Assembly (NCBI GenBank): GCA_964036045.1
Contig: OZ038378.1
Location: forward strand, 157,852,001-157,916,000
Direction: 5' to 3'
Source of the DNA: Eutreptiella sp. 'Long Island Sound 2002'
Taxonomy: Eukaryota; Protista; Euglenida
DNA length: 64,000 nucleotides
Every line of letters begins with the position of its first letter. Position 1 is the stretch's first letter. Of this stretch, positions 51,301 through 64,000 are shown one piece after another. The notes beneath the pieces were generated by a model, which saw only the letters and a program-made list of their open reading frames with translations, was not told where the DNA came from and did no database searches. The position numbers and the translations under genes are program-made.

Positions 51301-51897
51301 GGGCAAGCAATTCCGCCCACAAACAGGCCTACCCGATAACTCTTGAAATCTCATTGCCAGCCCATACTCTGCCACGTCCCCCTTTGTTTAGTGCACATCC
51401 ACACCAGGGACAACACAGGGCGCAATCATATATGGCAACCAGCAACGCCGTCACCCGTGATCCCTAGAAATTGGGTGAAACCCTAGCGTGCCCGGCTTTC
51501 TGGTAGGAACCAGACTGACAGGTACCCACTAGGCATGGCAATTGGTCTCTACCCAGCGTCAGCAGCCAGCTCATGAGACCCCGGATTCACTGTATTACCT
51601 TCCAAGGCATAACTGTGTCATGGACCAGGATCAAGGACCCCAGAAGCCGCGTACGGAGGGGGTGGCAGTTGGAATGGACAGCTCCCCTCGGTCCACAGTT
51701 TTCCCCAACCGGTTAGTCTTGGTGACTGGCTCCCTCTTGTTCATGTTCCCCGGGTTGCAGCTGGCCCTGAGCACCGGTCAATGGTTGCGTTCGTGCGCCC
51801 TGTACCATGTGTTCCGTGCTGCTATTAGATACCTCCGCTGTTCGTTGTTGTGTGGACACGATGTACACATGGTTCTTAGTTCTTGATGCTGACAATG

Positions 51898-53991
<2,094 letters not shown>

Positions 53992-55006
53992 ATACTCCGT
54001 GACTCCACATGCTTCCGAGAAAACAGCAGGCTACATTCACCAACAAATTAAACATTTCCCCCGCCAGAGGTGTTGCCACGTGTCATTCTGAAATGGCTCA
54101 AGAAGCATGCTTTTTGGAAAGGGTCACAGTACTCCTCCTGGGTCCTCCCTGAACGTCTGTCCCCCAATGGAGTTACAGGTGCCTGGTGCAATGACGTACC
54201 TGCGCTGACACATCTTTGGTATACCTCCACGGGTGAACCCACTACCTCCCTCTCCTCCGAATGTTGTTTCCTCCCCTCCTGCATGACTGTGTGTGTGTAG
54301 CCACCCGGTTACGGGTGGCCTGCCAAGAAGTGATGACGAATTGGTCGCCAGCCAGCTGCTCTGCCTCAACACTGCTGCAGTGCGCTGACGTGGGCGCCGG
54401 CCCCGCGAATGTATGGTGACCTGCTGGTTCTTACGAACCACGTCCTTATCGCGGATAAGGCAGTCACTTTATATTCGCCGGGTCTGCCTGCAGCGACCCT
54501 GCCACAGCGAGGTGGACCAGGAAGTTTGGGGCCGTCCCGCGTGGCCGTCATAGGCTGCTCGGACATTTTCTGCTTTGTGCTTCCAGTTTGAGTTAGTGTA
54601 AAACAGGGATTCGGTATGCGTTGCGACAGGTATCCAAATTCGCTTCCTCCCTTCTCTTCAGTGACTTTGATACAGTGACCGCTTAACCTCCAGGGGTGCA
54701 CCTGTGTCACGGTCGCTGAGCAGCGCAAGGCGGGGGGTAGGATCTGAGTCTCCCACAGCACCTCTCTTTGCCTTGCACTGCAGAAAGGCGCCTAGCCACA
54801 TGACAATGTCACACTCATTGTTTTTGCTGGCCTGACGAGCTGAAGCTGTCCAGTGCAGTGCCCTGTTTGCCTCCAGGGTTGTTGTGTTGGATCCATTGCA
54901 TAGTGTGTGTGTGAGCGCGCGTGTGGGTGTGTGCGCATGTCTCCCTTTCTTATCTTCTGTCATAGAGTTTGGTCTTTGCAAAAGTGGCCTGGTTTCCAAT
55001 TTCACA

Positions 55007-55598
55007 ATGTACGAGAGCCAGCAGTACCAATATGCGCCCCCGGCCAATTCGTCATATCCAGGCACTTACCAGCAATCCCAAAGTGCCCCTGCGAACGATG
55101 TACCGCTGCCACCTGGACCGCAGCCACCTGCACCGCAGCCACCTGCACCGCCGCCACCTGCACCGCGGCCACCTGCACCGCCGCCACCTGTACCACCGCC
55201 ACCTGCCTTGCCTACTTGGGAACCCAAAGAGCCAACCGACGAGAAACCAGCGTCTGCGGACACTAGTGAGGCTGGTACGCCGCTGTCGGAGGCCGAAAAG
55301 AAGTGGGCTCATTCCGAATGGCTCCGTATGTTGAGTGAAGTTGAGAGCAAAGTGGACGCGGAAGAAGGCGCTGTTGACGGTCGGCAATTGCTAAAGCGGA
55401 AGCGGCCCGCTGATGATGATGAGCAGAACGGGCACTGTGACGGGGATGAGGGCAGGCGGAGGGATGTGGACAGGGAAGCGGATCGCGACCGGGACCGGGA
55501 TCGGGGTATTGACACAGACCGGGACCGGGAACGGGACAGGGACAGGGACAGAGACAGAGATCGGGACAGGGACCGGGACAGGGACAGAGACAGAGACC

Positions 55599-55632
<34 letters not shown>

Positions 55633-56617
55633 TAGACCTGCGGAGAGGCAGGAGCGTGACCCCCGACTGGACATCATCTCAAGTACCGGAAACAGCGAGG
55701 CGGATGACGTGCTATTCAAACTCCAATTCGGGTGCAAGATGCTGCCTGATCCCGAGTTCAGGCCCACGGGGTACAGCTACGTTCCGGATTTCCTGGACGT
55801 TGAGGACGAGAAGGAACTGGTGGAGGGTGCGGACGCGTCCGAGTGGGAGTCGGGGCACGGGGGCTGCAGGGTCCAGTACTACGGGTTCAGGCCAGGCACC
55901 AAGGCCGATCAGAAGGTAGTCCCTGCAGCGGAGGAGGTGCCCGAGTGGTGCGACGACGTGGTGGACAAACTCCAGAGCGAGGGGCACTTTCCGCAGCGGC
56001 CCAACCAGCTGACGGTCGTCGAGTGCGTGCCGGGGCAGGGCATTGCAGAGCACGTGGACGACGACAAGTACGGCGACACGGTTGGCGTCATCAGCGTGGG
56101 GTCCGCCCTCACCCTCACGTTCATTAATAACGGGGACAACAGCGCGCCGTACCGGCACTGCTTCTTCCAGGCGGCCGAGCAGCGGTCGTGCACCCTCCGG
56201 AAGTCGCAGGCGCGCTTCCGGTGGAAGCTCGGGGTCGCCGAAACTGTCACGGATCTCACGCCGCAAAAAATGATGTGCCCCAGAATGCGGTGGCTTGCGT
56301 TCATTTTCCGGCTGGTTCACGTGCCCAAGAAACAGGCGAAGCAGCTGAGGGCGCGGCGGGAGGCTCAGCAGAAGAAGAAGGCGGCGCAAAAGGAGGAGGA
56401 AGGGCCTGCGGAGGAGGACGGCGGCCAGGCGCAGCATTTTGCCGGTCTGTTGCAGTTGATGATGCCGCATGAGACGGTGGGGCAGATGATCCAGCGGCTG
56501 GAGTACTACCGGGCCCCGCCGCTGCAGTACGTGAAGACCGTCATCGGGGAACTGGGGAGGGCCGGGTACGACGTATCGGGCTACTCCTACAGCGCGGTGG
56601 CCCAGCGGAGCCAGTGA
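55007..56617 (+). CDS. intronless protein (536 aa): Pro-rich N-terminus, RD dipeptide repeat, AlkB-type 2OG-Fe(II) dioxygenase fold, C-terminal CD2BP2/U5-52K-like segment
   Basis: AlkB motifs GYSYVPDFL, RVQYYG, PNQLTV.E..PGQGIAEHVD, ISVGS and FIFR. GC3-rich codon usage. Pyrimidine tract plus AG at about 54945-54965 is a likely trans-splice acceptor. Confidence 0.9.
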
Positions 56618-57714
56618 GCGTGTGCGGCGTGATCGGTGCTGTGTTCTGCCAACAGCAGCACGACGACAACGAGCCTCTTGGACTGTCCGGAATACAGTCG
56701 AACACTCCAATGCGACAGTGCGGGCACTTTGCGGTTTGTGATCAAGGGTTTGCGGGGCAGACTGCCATACTGCCATCGCAAACTGAGCGCTCGAGACGTT
56801 GCTTCTCTGCCCATATTGCCCGCCGTCCTCATCCTCTGTAAATGCACAGTGTTTCTGCGTGGGATTGCATTGCGAGGCCCGGCGATCTGTGTGGGGTCTG
56901 CTCCGTCTGGACATCAAAGACGGCAAACAGCATGAGGCTTCCGGTATCGCAACAACACAGGGGGCCACTGAGGGGGACTCCGGGACTCCGGCACTCAATT
57001 GGCCCCACGTGCCGCCTCACGACAATGCAGGGGAAGGTACCGCAGTATTATTTTCACACCCATGATTTCAGATAATTCTTGGTGCCAAGGGCACTGGAAC
57101 TTTTTGTTGTGTGCTCCGGTGTACCAATCGTTTTACCCTCCCACTAGTGTACTGTCAAATGGCCCATATTTTATGCACAACTCCAGGAATACATCAGCAG
57201 CAACGTTGTGCGTCCCTCTGGTTGTCCTGTATTTAGGGGCCGTTGTGGAGCCCAACGTCCGTGTGGTGGGGGATCCATGTCGGGGGCTCTGAACGGGTGA
57301 GAGGGCCGCCTGAAGGAGGTAAGGATCCGGCTGGGCTCACGTGGAAGACATCACATGCCACTCCTCTTGTGATACAATGTACACCATATTTCAAGTCTTT
57401 TTACATCGCTGGAGTGACACCATGCAGTGAAGTTATGAAGAGTAGAATGGCAAAAGTCTGAAGGTTTGCGGAGTGGGATCCTAGACCCAGGGAGATGGCC
57501 CCCCAATGCGGTGCTGGCAGTGCATGAGGTGGTTTGCAGACATGTCTGGTTTGTGGATGCGATGAAGGCCCCCGCGTGTGAAGCAGGAAGCACTCTTCAT
57601 CCGGCGGGTTGGGGGGGGGGGGCGGGGAGGCAATGGGGGGGTGAGGCTGAGGATGCCGGGGGCGACAACCGGTGGTACGCAGGAAATGGTGGTGAGAGGG
57701 CTAATTAGTCATCA

Positions 57715-57806
57715 CACTTACACAACACGATGCGTACACATACACACATGTACACAGCCACATACACATATATGCACACACACACGCGCGCGCGCACGCA
57801 CGCACG

Positions 57807-57837
<31 letters not shown>

Positions 57838-58510
57838 CTGCAAGAGACTTCGGCGCACAACTGCAGCATGCTGTGCGCTGGGACATCACGCTGATGACCA
57901 CATAGCACGCAGACCGCAACTGCAACTGTGCCCACTGCATGGCCTGCCACCGTGCCCGAGGTGCACACTCAAGCAAAGGGGAGTGCGCCACTGCTGTCAG
58001 CGGGGACACCATAAAGTGTGCACCCCAGTGCCTGCGCGCCGGAAGCGCCCACTTGCTGCACATGCACAACTGCCCAACAAACGACCACGCCTGCAAGGGC
58101 CTGCACGTATCTCTAAGGGTCTGCTGAGGTCCCCACACCAACCCCCCACCCCTCCAGCCCCCAAACGCAGGAGGCCGAAAACACCCCCCCCTCCGTCCCC
58201 ACCAGCCCCAGTTCCACGGGGGCTGGAGGAGACCGTGGCCGAGGATGTCGCCCGCCCGCTTTTCGTGACGAGGCACGGGAGAGCAAACACTCTGGATACC
58301 TAGCCAGCAAAATACAGAGGTTCTGATTCCGCAGAAGGGAGGGAAACAACGTCACAAAGAGGCCTCAGCAGACCTGAGCCAAATGAGGCGTCCAGCCCAA
58401 CGCTGCACAAGGATCCACCTCTAAAAGTACAGATCACACACACACACACACACACACACTGGATTTGGATTTGTTTCAATGATTGGGCATCACACACACA
58501 CACACACATA
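57715..58510. repeat. (CA)n tracts
   Basis: Tracts at about 57715-57837, 58436-58458 and 58490-58508. Confidence 0.9.
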
Positions 58511-59611
58511 GGGTCAGGGCGTGGGCGTGGGGCTGCAGGACACCGTAGGGCGGATGCTCTGTACATAGGTGCATGTCTTCTGTTGTGCAGAGGGGGCGGA
58601 AAGGACGCAATAGGAGCATGTGAGTGGTACATTGCTGCAGACAGAGCTGACAGAGCGAACGTGATGTTGATGTTGAAACCACCTGGGTGTCGCACACACA
58701 CATATGGGCATGAATGCTTGCTCATACCCATAACTTGAAACCAGACTGTGACCTAACCTGCTGCAGCGTGAGGCCTAACCTACTGTGGCGTGAGGGCAAC
58801 AATTTTGTTCATTGTGTTTCATTCATTCGTGTGTTTCATTTAGTGTACCGTGGGGCAGAAAGCATTCAGAGTAGCGTTTGGCCGGGATGATAATTGTCAT
58901 ATTTATTTACTTTTGTATTGTTGGCATTTTCAGGTGCTGAAGTCTCTCAGTGGTTGCCAATTTTTCTTGAAAAAGCTGGTTGTGGTAATCGGTTGACATC
59001 ATTCGCTTTTTTATGCTGGTTGATGTTGCACACACCTATATTGCATGTGGCATGTGCCCAGTGGGAGTCCCACTGCTAGGGCCTGGTGCACCTGCATAGA
59101 TTGCCCATCACACACAACAGTTCAAGAGCGTGTTGGGCTGGCCACCCTGCCCAAGCAAGGTCTATATACAATCTCCCACCCGCAAGCGCTTTTGCAGGTT
59201 TGGGAACTGTCATGAGTCCAGGAGCCCTCAAAACCACACATTCGGACATCTCAAGTAGCGCCATGCCGTAGACAGAGGGCGTGCCCTGTAGAGTGTGTGA
59301 ATCCAGGATACGCTGTGTCCCAACCCACTCCATACAAGCCCCAACCCCCCAGCTCCCAAAGGAAGAACTTTGAATCCCATGCCGATCAAGGCAAGAGAGA
59401 CCCCAATCCCCCAAGTCCAACCCCAAAGTATCCCCCAGGCTTCCCTCCAAGGCCATAAAGCATCCCATGGTTAGCTACAGCATGGAGTCTCAGCAGCATG
59501 TGTTGCGGGTGGAAAGGTGGGCCATGACGTCAGGGTCCGAAATGATCAGCATGATCTTGACGGAATGCCATACCCACTCAGTTCAATGCATCTCAATTGG
59601 CCTGCACTCAT

Positions 59612-60168
59612 CCCCCCCCCCTTGTGCAAACTACGCAAAAGTCGCAAATCAATACGGTCCCTTCACCGACAGTAGCTGGACAAGGGCGTAGCTTGCGCGC
59701 AACACATACAACTGCCGACACACACGTAGTGAGCGCATGGTGTGCGTGCACCTTAATCTCCTCCCACATTTCCAAAGGCATGCACCAACAAGAAAGTGGT
59801 TGAAACATGAAATTTCACCCATGTGCCCACAAGCAATGAGGCATGAGAAGCCTACAAATGTATGGCTTGGAAACCCTTCTTGCGATCATACACCATGCGG
59901 AACAACTGCATATACTCACCACTTGAAGTTGCCTTTGAAGGGGCATATGGTGCACAATTATCCCCAAAATCAGAGCTGTCTGGGTTCAAGTGGGCAAACA
60001 CTCACAACAAATGTGTCCATGACTCTATGTAACTGGCGAATTCGTCACCAAACCCATGTCTTATGTGGCTGCACTACATTTGGTTCCGAATTAAATTAGG
60101 TTCCAAATTGATACAGTCCCTACGCCTGTTGTAGCTTGGACAAGGGCGTAGTTAGGACAAAGGGGGGG
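59612..60168 (-). mobile_element. internal-deletion derivative of the pogo element
   Basis: Joins sequence matching about 2155-2490 to sequence matching about 4378-4614. Degenerate TIRs; TA only at the right end (60169-60170). Confidence 0.88.
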
Positions 60169-61695
60169 TAATGTGTTTTGCCGTGCCGCAGCGCAAACCA
60201 AACTAGCAACGAATGTTGTTTTGGTCACAGCACTAATACGGCCATCGGATGTCTCTTGGGCTGTCTGGGTCAGCTCTTCCCCCTCCCACAGCATCGATGA
60301 GACCCCTACCATGCCAAGGGGGTGTTTTCGCACAGCACAGGCACAGTGCAGCACAGCGCCAATTATTGCCAATTTTTACGTTGTTTATCCCGGGAGCACC
60401 GCTGAAAACCACCCACCTAAAGAAGCATGCATGATCCGTTCAAAACAGCCTAGGGTGCAGAATTCAGGACCCAGGGACCTGTGGCTGCCGGTGGTGGAAA
60501 ACAGCGGACCCCCAGGGTAAACTCCCGCTACCAAGGCATGGTTTGGCTCCTCCACCCTCTTGCCGGTTTCTCCCAAAGGGTAAAAAAGCACATGAAATAA
60601 GAGGAGGGAAGGCAACAATGTAGCATATGTTTCCATATGATTTGCCGCCAGGCTAGGCATTGTTGCTCGCGGACGGGTGCGAGATGTACATCGACCATGA
60701 CACCCCGCGGACAAGCTGCGACTCAAACCCACTTTTCTGGACCGCATGCCAAGGCGTGCGGCCACTCCACTACGATGAGTCTGATGTAGAATGCACCATT
60801 GCGTCCATGCAAAACCAGCTGCCCCGCCATCCTGGCCGGTGACTGTTAATACCACCACAACTTTGAAGTGAACAGGGGGGGAAACATGATAACTTGCCGG
60901 GGAAAACCAAACCGATTATCCACAAAGCATTTCAAATGTCATAAGCGTGGGAAAGAAGGATTGTTGTTGGTGGTTCACCAACTGATAACTCCTCGAATTA
61001 ACAGATTGAGGAGGGCCCCAAAAGGCCATGCCCTTGCAAGGTGCTGCAAGCGCATGCTATTGCTACATGGGTGGGCAGAGAACACTCTGCGAAAAAGTTG
61101 TCAGATACTTGACTGGTGTGTGGGTGAAGAATGAGACACTAGGCAAGGTTGAGTGTCATCAGTGCGGCTAGCAGGGGTATGCGTCCAAAAAAGTGGGATG
61201 TCCCCTCTAGCGCACGTTGAATTCCTTTCCAGTGGTGCAGGTTGCAATGCAAACCTTTAAGACAAACTACATCCAGAGGTTACCCATTGAATGAGCATGT
61301 AGTGGGAAATACACAGCACGATTTACATTGCAGTTAATCAGAGCCTCCGCCCAGAAAAATAGTTGAAACGTGACCCCCTTTCCATCTCATGCCAACCACC
61401 CATGTTCCATGAGATTTAGAGGGGGTGTTTCGATTATTGGATTTTGCACATTGTTTCCGTTGCCATTATTTCTCCCGCTGATACCGGTCTCATGACAGAA
61501 CCCGGTACAGATGATCTTACATCAGAATCATGGTACAATCATGCACAGGCGCATCCATGACGGCCACTTGCCACATGGTGGTTCCCCTGTCCCCCACGTT
61601 CCACCGCATTACCTGGATGGGCCCAATGTCCTAGGTCTGCGACCTGTAGTCCCTTTGGGTAGCAAGCAGCCACCATTCCCACTCTGTGACATGTA

Positions 61696-62059
61696 CCCCA
61701 CCCCCCCCTTGTATAAGCTACGCCAAAGTCCCATACGGGCGTAGCTTGCGCGCGACACATACAACTACCAACACCGGGCACCCACGTTTAAAAAGAGAGG
61801 ATTGCATAGTGAGCTGGTGCAAGAAAGGGGCATATAATGCACAAACATCCCCAAAATCAGAGCTGTCTGGGTCAAGTGGGCAAACACTCACAACAAATGT
61901 GTCCATGACTCTATGTGACTCGCAAATCCGACACCAAACCCATGTCTTATGTGGCTGCACTACGTTTGGTACCGAATTGAAATTAGGTCCCAAATTAATA
62001 CGGTCCCTACACCTACTGCAGCTTGGACAAGGGCGTAGCTTATACAAGGGGGGGGGGGG
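61696..62059 (-). mobile_element. non-autonomous MITE of the pogo family
   Basis: TA at 61694-61695 and 62060-62061. TIRs are CCCCCCCTTGTATAAGCTACGCC and GGCGTAGCTTATACAAGGGGGG. Confidence 0.93.
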
Positions 62060-62558
62060 TACCTGCTATCACCCTGGCATGGCAGATGGGTAGTATGTGT
62101 AGGATGTGTAGATGTGTACAGCAATGCTGATCGCCATTATGCAATCAAGCTAGAGGGGAGCCACCAGACTCTCTGGTTTCCTGCTCTGTCACTCTAACCT
62201 AGATGACCTGATATGACCCACATTCCCACACCTGAGCAATCTTTCATAATCTGGAAAATTGGTCACACCACTTCAAAATACCTGACCGACAAGTAGTGGA
62301 GGGATGAGCAGACATGAATACTGTGCTGCACATAATTTCATTCAGGCATTTGGGACATACGGCTTACGCGAGGGGAAAAGACGAGAAATCAAGAGCTTCA
62401 GTAGGGCATGGTGACAATGAATGTGGCACATGTATCCCTGTCACAATGTGGGCTAACAACCCACCAAGGTAAGAGTGGCACATTATGTGCGAGTGCAAAT
62501 GGCGACTCAGTGTGAAGCTTGCCCCTGGATATCTTGTTTTTCAGGTATTGCCGACACA

Positions 62559-62688
62559 ATGTCAACAGATGATCGTGTAGAATGGTTGAGCAAGCACGAC
62601 ATCCCTGTCATTGTTAATGGACTTGTGGAAAAGCTCCTTGCAGCGCGCCCCAATGATCCTAAAGAATTCATGGCAAAACTGCTGACTG
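62559..62688 (+). CDS. first exon of a protein with an N-terminal dimerisation/docking (PKA-R/RIIa/Dpy-30-like) domain
   Basis: MSTDDRVEWLSKHDIPVIVNGLVEKLLAARPNDPKEFMAKLLT. Upstream TTGTTTTTCAG acceptor (62544); GT donor at 62689. Confidence 0.8.
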
Positions 62689-63309
62689 GTTTGTTTGTCT
62701 GGCCTGGTTCACAATGTATTGTGTGTTGAGTGTTGTGTGTAACTTGAAGCACAGCTTTCGGCGAAGACATGCCATCTGATCAAACATGGGGTATGCAACC
62801 TGAATGGGGTATTGCCAACCACGAGCTAACCCCTGTTGCATTTGGGTTCTTTCCAAGTCAGTTCAATAAACGGGAGGGGGTATTGAGACGAGTGTTTTTG
62901 ACGGATCTCCGATATGCGTTTAAGCAGTGGGGACAGGTAGTCAGCAGGGCGCACACCTTGTTGTTGTTGTTGTGTGGTCTACGGGTGTCACGCAACCCTT
63001 CGCAGTGTTCGATCCGGCTATGCTGTTGTGGATAGGGTGAATAATTGCAATACTCGGACACCAAGACAGGGGTTCTCTCGAGCACACTCAATGACCCCTT
63101 GAGCGTCAGGAACTCAAAAAACAAAAATCGGACACTGAGACAGCCTTCAGCGGATTTGTCATTGACCACAGGAATGGCCCGGCCCTCATGGAGGTTTTTT
63201 TGTGGAAATCCGAGGAGGAATGAACGTGATGTACCATTATTGTTCTCTCAATGGCTTTTCACACAATACCACAACCGCATGTGGTAGGGGGAGGGGGGGG
63301 GGGGGACAG

Positions 63310-63641
63310 CAGGGCGGTCCTTAAGGGACCAGATTTTTTTTTGTTGAGGACCGCCCCAAGGGACCGCTAACCGCCAACTGCCACCAACCGCCAACTGCCT
63401 CCAACCGCCAACCGCCAACCGCCAACCGCGACCAACCGCCAACCGTCAACCGCTGCCAACCGCCACCAACCACCCATCACCAACTGCCGCCAACTGCCGC
63501 CAACCGCCACCAACCGCCAATCTCCACCAGCCGCCAACCGCCAATCGCCACCAACCATGGTTGAACATATGAGCTACACGCGGTCGTTTTTGAAAAAACC
63601 ATGTTCCGGAACAGTTTTTTTTTCCGTTAAGGACCGCCCTG
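63310..63641. mobile_element. hAT-type MITE (332 bp), 15-bp TIR, 8-bp TSD, carrying an (AACCGCC)n array
   Basis: Perfect TIRs CAGGGCGGTCCTTAA and TTAAGGACCGCCCTG. TSD GGGGACAG at 63302-63309 and 63642-63649. Degenerate 7-bp array at about 63368-63557. Confidence 0.93.
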
Positions 63642-64000
63642 GGGGACAGGTGTCCACCTTCAGCAGTACTTTGTGAAGGGGCATGGGGCTAATGTTCTGT
63701 GTTGTCCAAGTACTACGACAACAGCTCCACAAAGCACTGGAAGGGGCCTGTGTCGCTGGCATCCGAGGGGTTTCCCGGGGTTGGCAACGCCCTGCACTCC
63801 ACCCGGGCTGTGGGTTACCCCAACTCATACAAAGCGCGTAGCACATTCACCGGGACAACAAGGCGTGCGTGGTTGCTGCTTGCGTCTCTTTTCACTGTCA
63901 TGGGGTTGCACTGCAGGTTAGCATCAAGTGCCACTGCCACACCCTCAAATTCTTTTTCCGCTCTCCATAAATTGCCAATTTGCCGTCGTGTTTGGGTAGC

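Larger units (their letters stand above)
42102..51545. repeat. second duplication 42102-44033 ~ 48908-51545 (with about 0.67 kb extra at 50040-50705)
   Basis: Near-identical sequence from CATCCCAAGCGGGATCTGGGCC to GCAATTGG. Confidence 0.92.

Noticed and set aside
59076-59468. 130-aa minus-strand ORF as a host gene
   Set aside because: No clear start or splice context; may be decayed retroelement sequence but I cannot assign it.
63368-63557. (AACCGCC)n as a telomeric repeat
   Set aside because: Degenerate, internal, and enclosed by TIRs and a TSD.

Overview
Repeat-rich, moderately GC-rich eukaryotic nuclear DNA, most likely from a euglenid. That assignment is inferred from three genomic copies of the euglenid spliced-leader (SL) sequence (about 34962, 44970 and 53436) and from genes with very short (about 35-60 nt) GT-AG introns mixed with kb-size, repeat-filled introns. 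Host genes: two or three multi-exon hypothetical genes on + (about 8.4-9.6, 12.2-13.7 and 16.3-32.2 kb); a tandemly duplicated, intronless, SL-headed RING-H2 E3 ligase retrogene; an intronless AlkB-like protein with a degenerate metal triad, RD repeats and a CD2BP2/U5-52K-like C-terminus; and the first exon of a dimerisation/docking-domain protein. Mobile DNA: a pogo-family DD35D transposon with poly(C)/poly(G) termini plus three non-autonomous derivatives, two hAT-type MITEs, a P-like MITE with 99-bp repeats, an IR-bounded satellite, a Penelope-like RT insertion with a hammerhead remnant, many decayed LINE fragments and a (TG)n-interleaved retro-insertion cluster. The most interesting observation is that the hAT MITEs (CAG...CTG ends, 8-bp TSD) reproduce the geometry of euglenid nonconventional introns, suggesting a source for that intron class. 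No rRNA, tRNA or CRISPR array was recognised. Exon models were built by hand and are partial.
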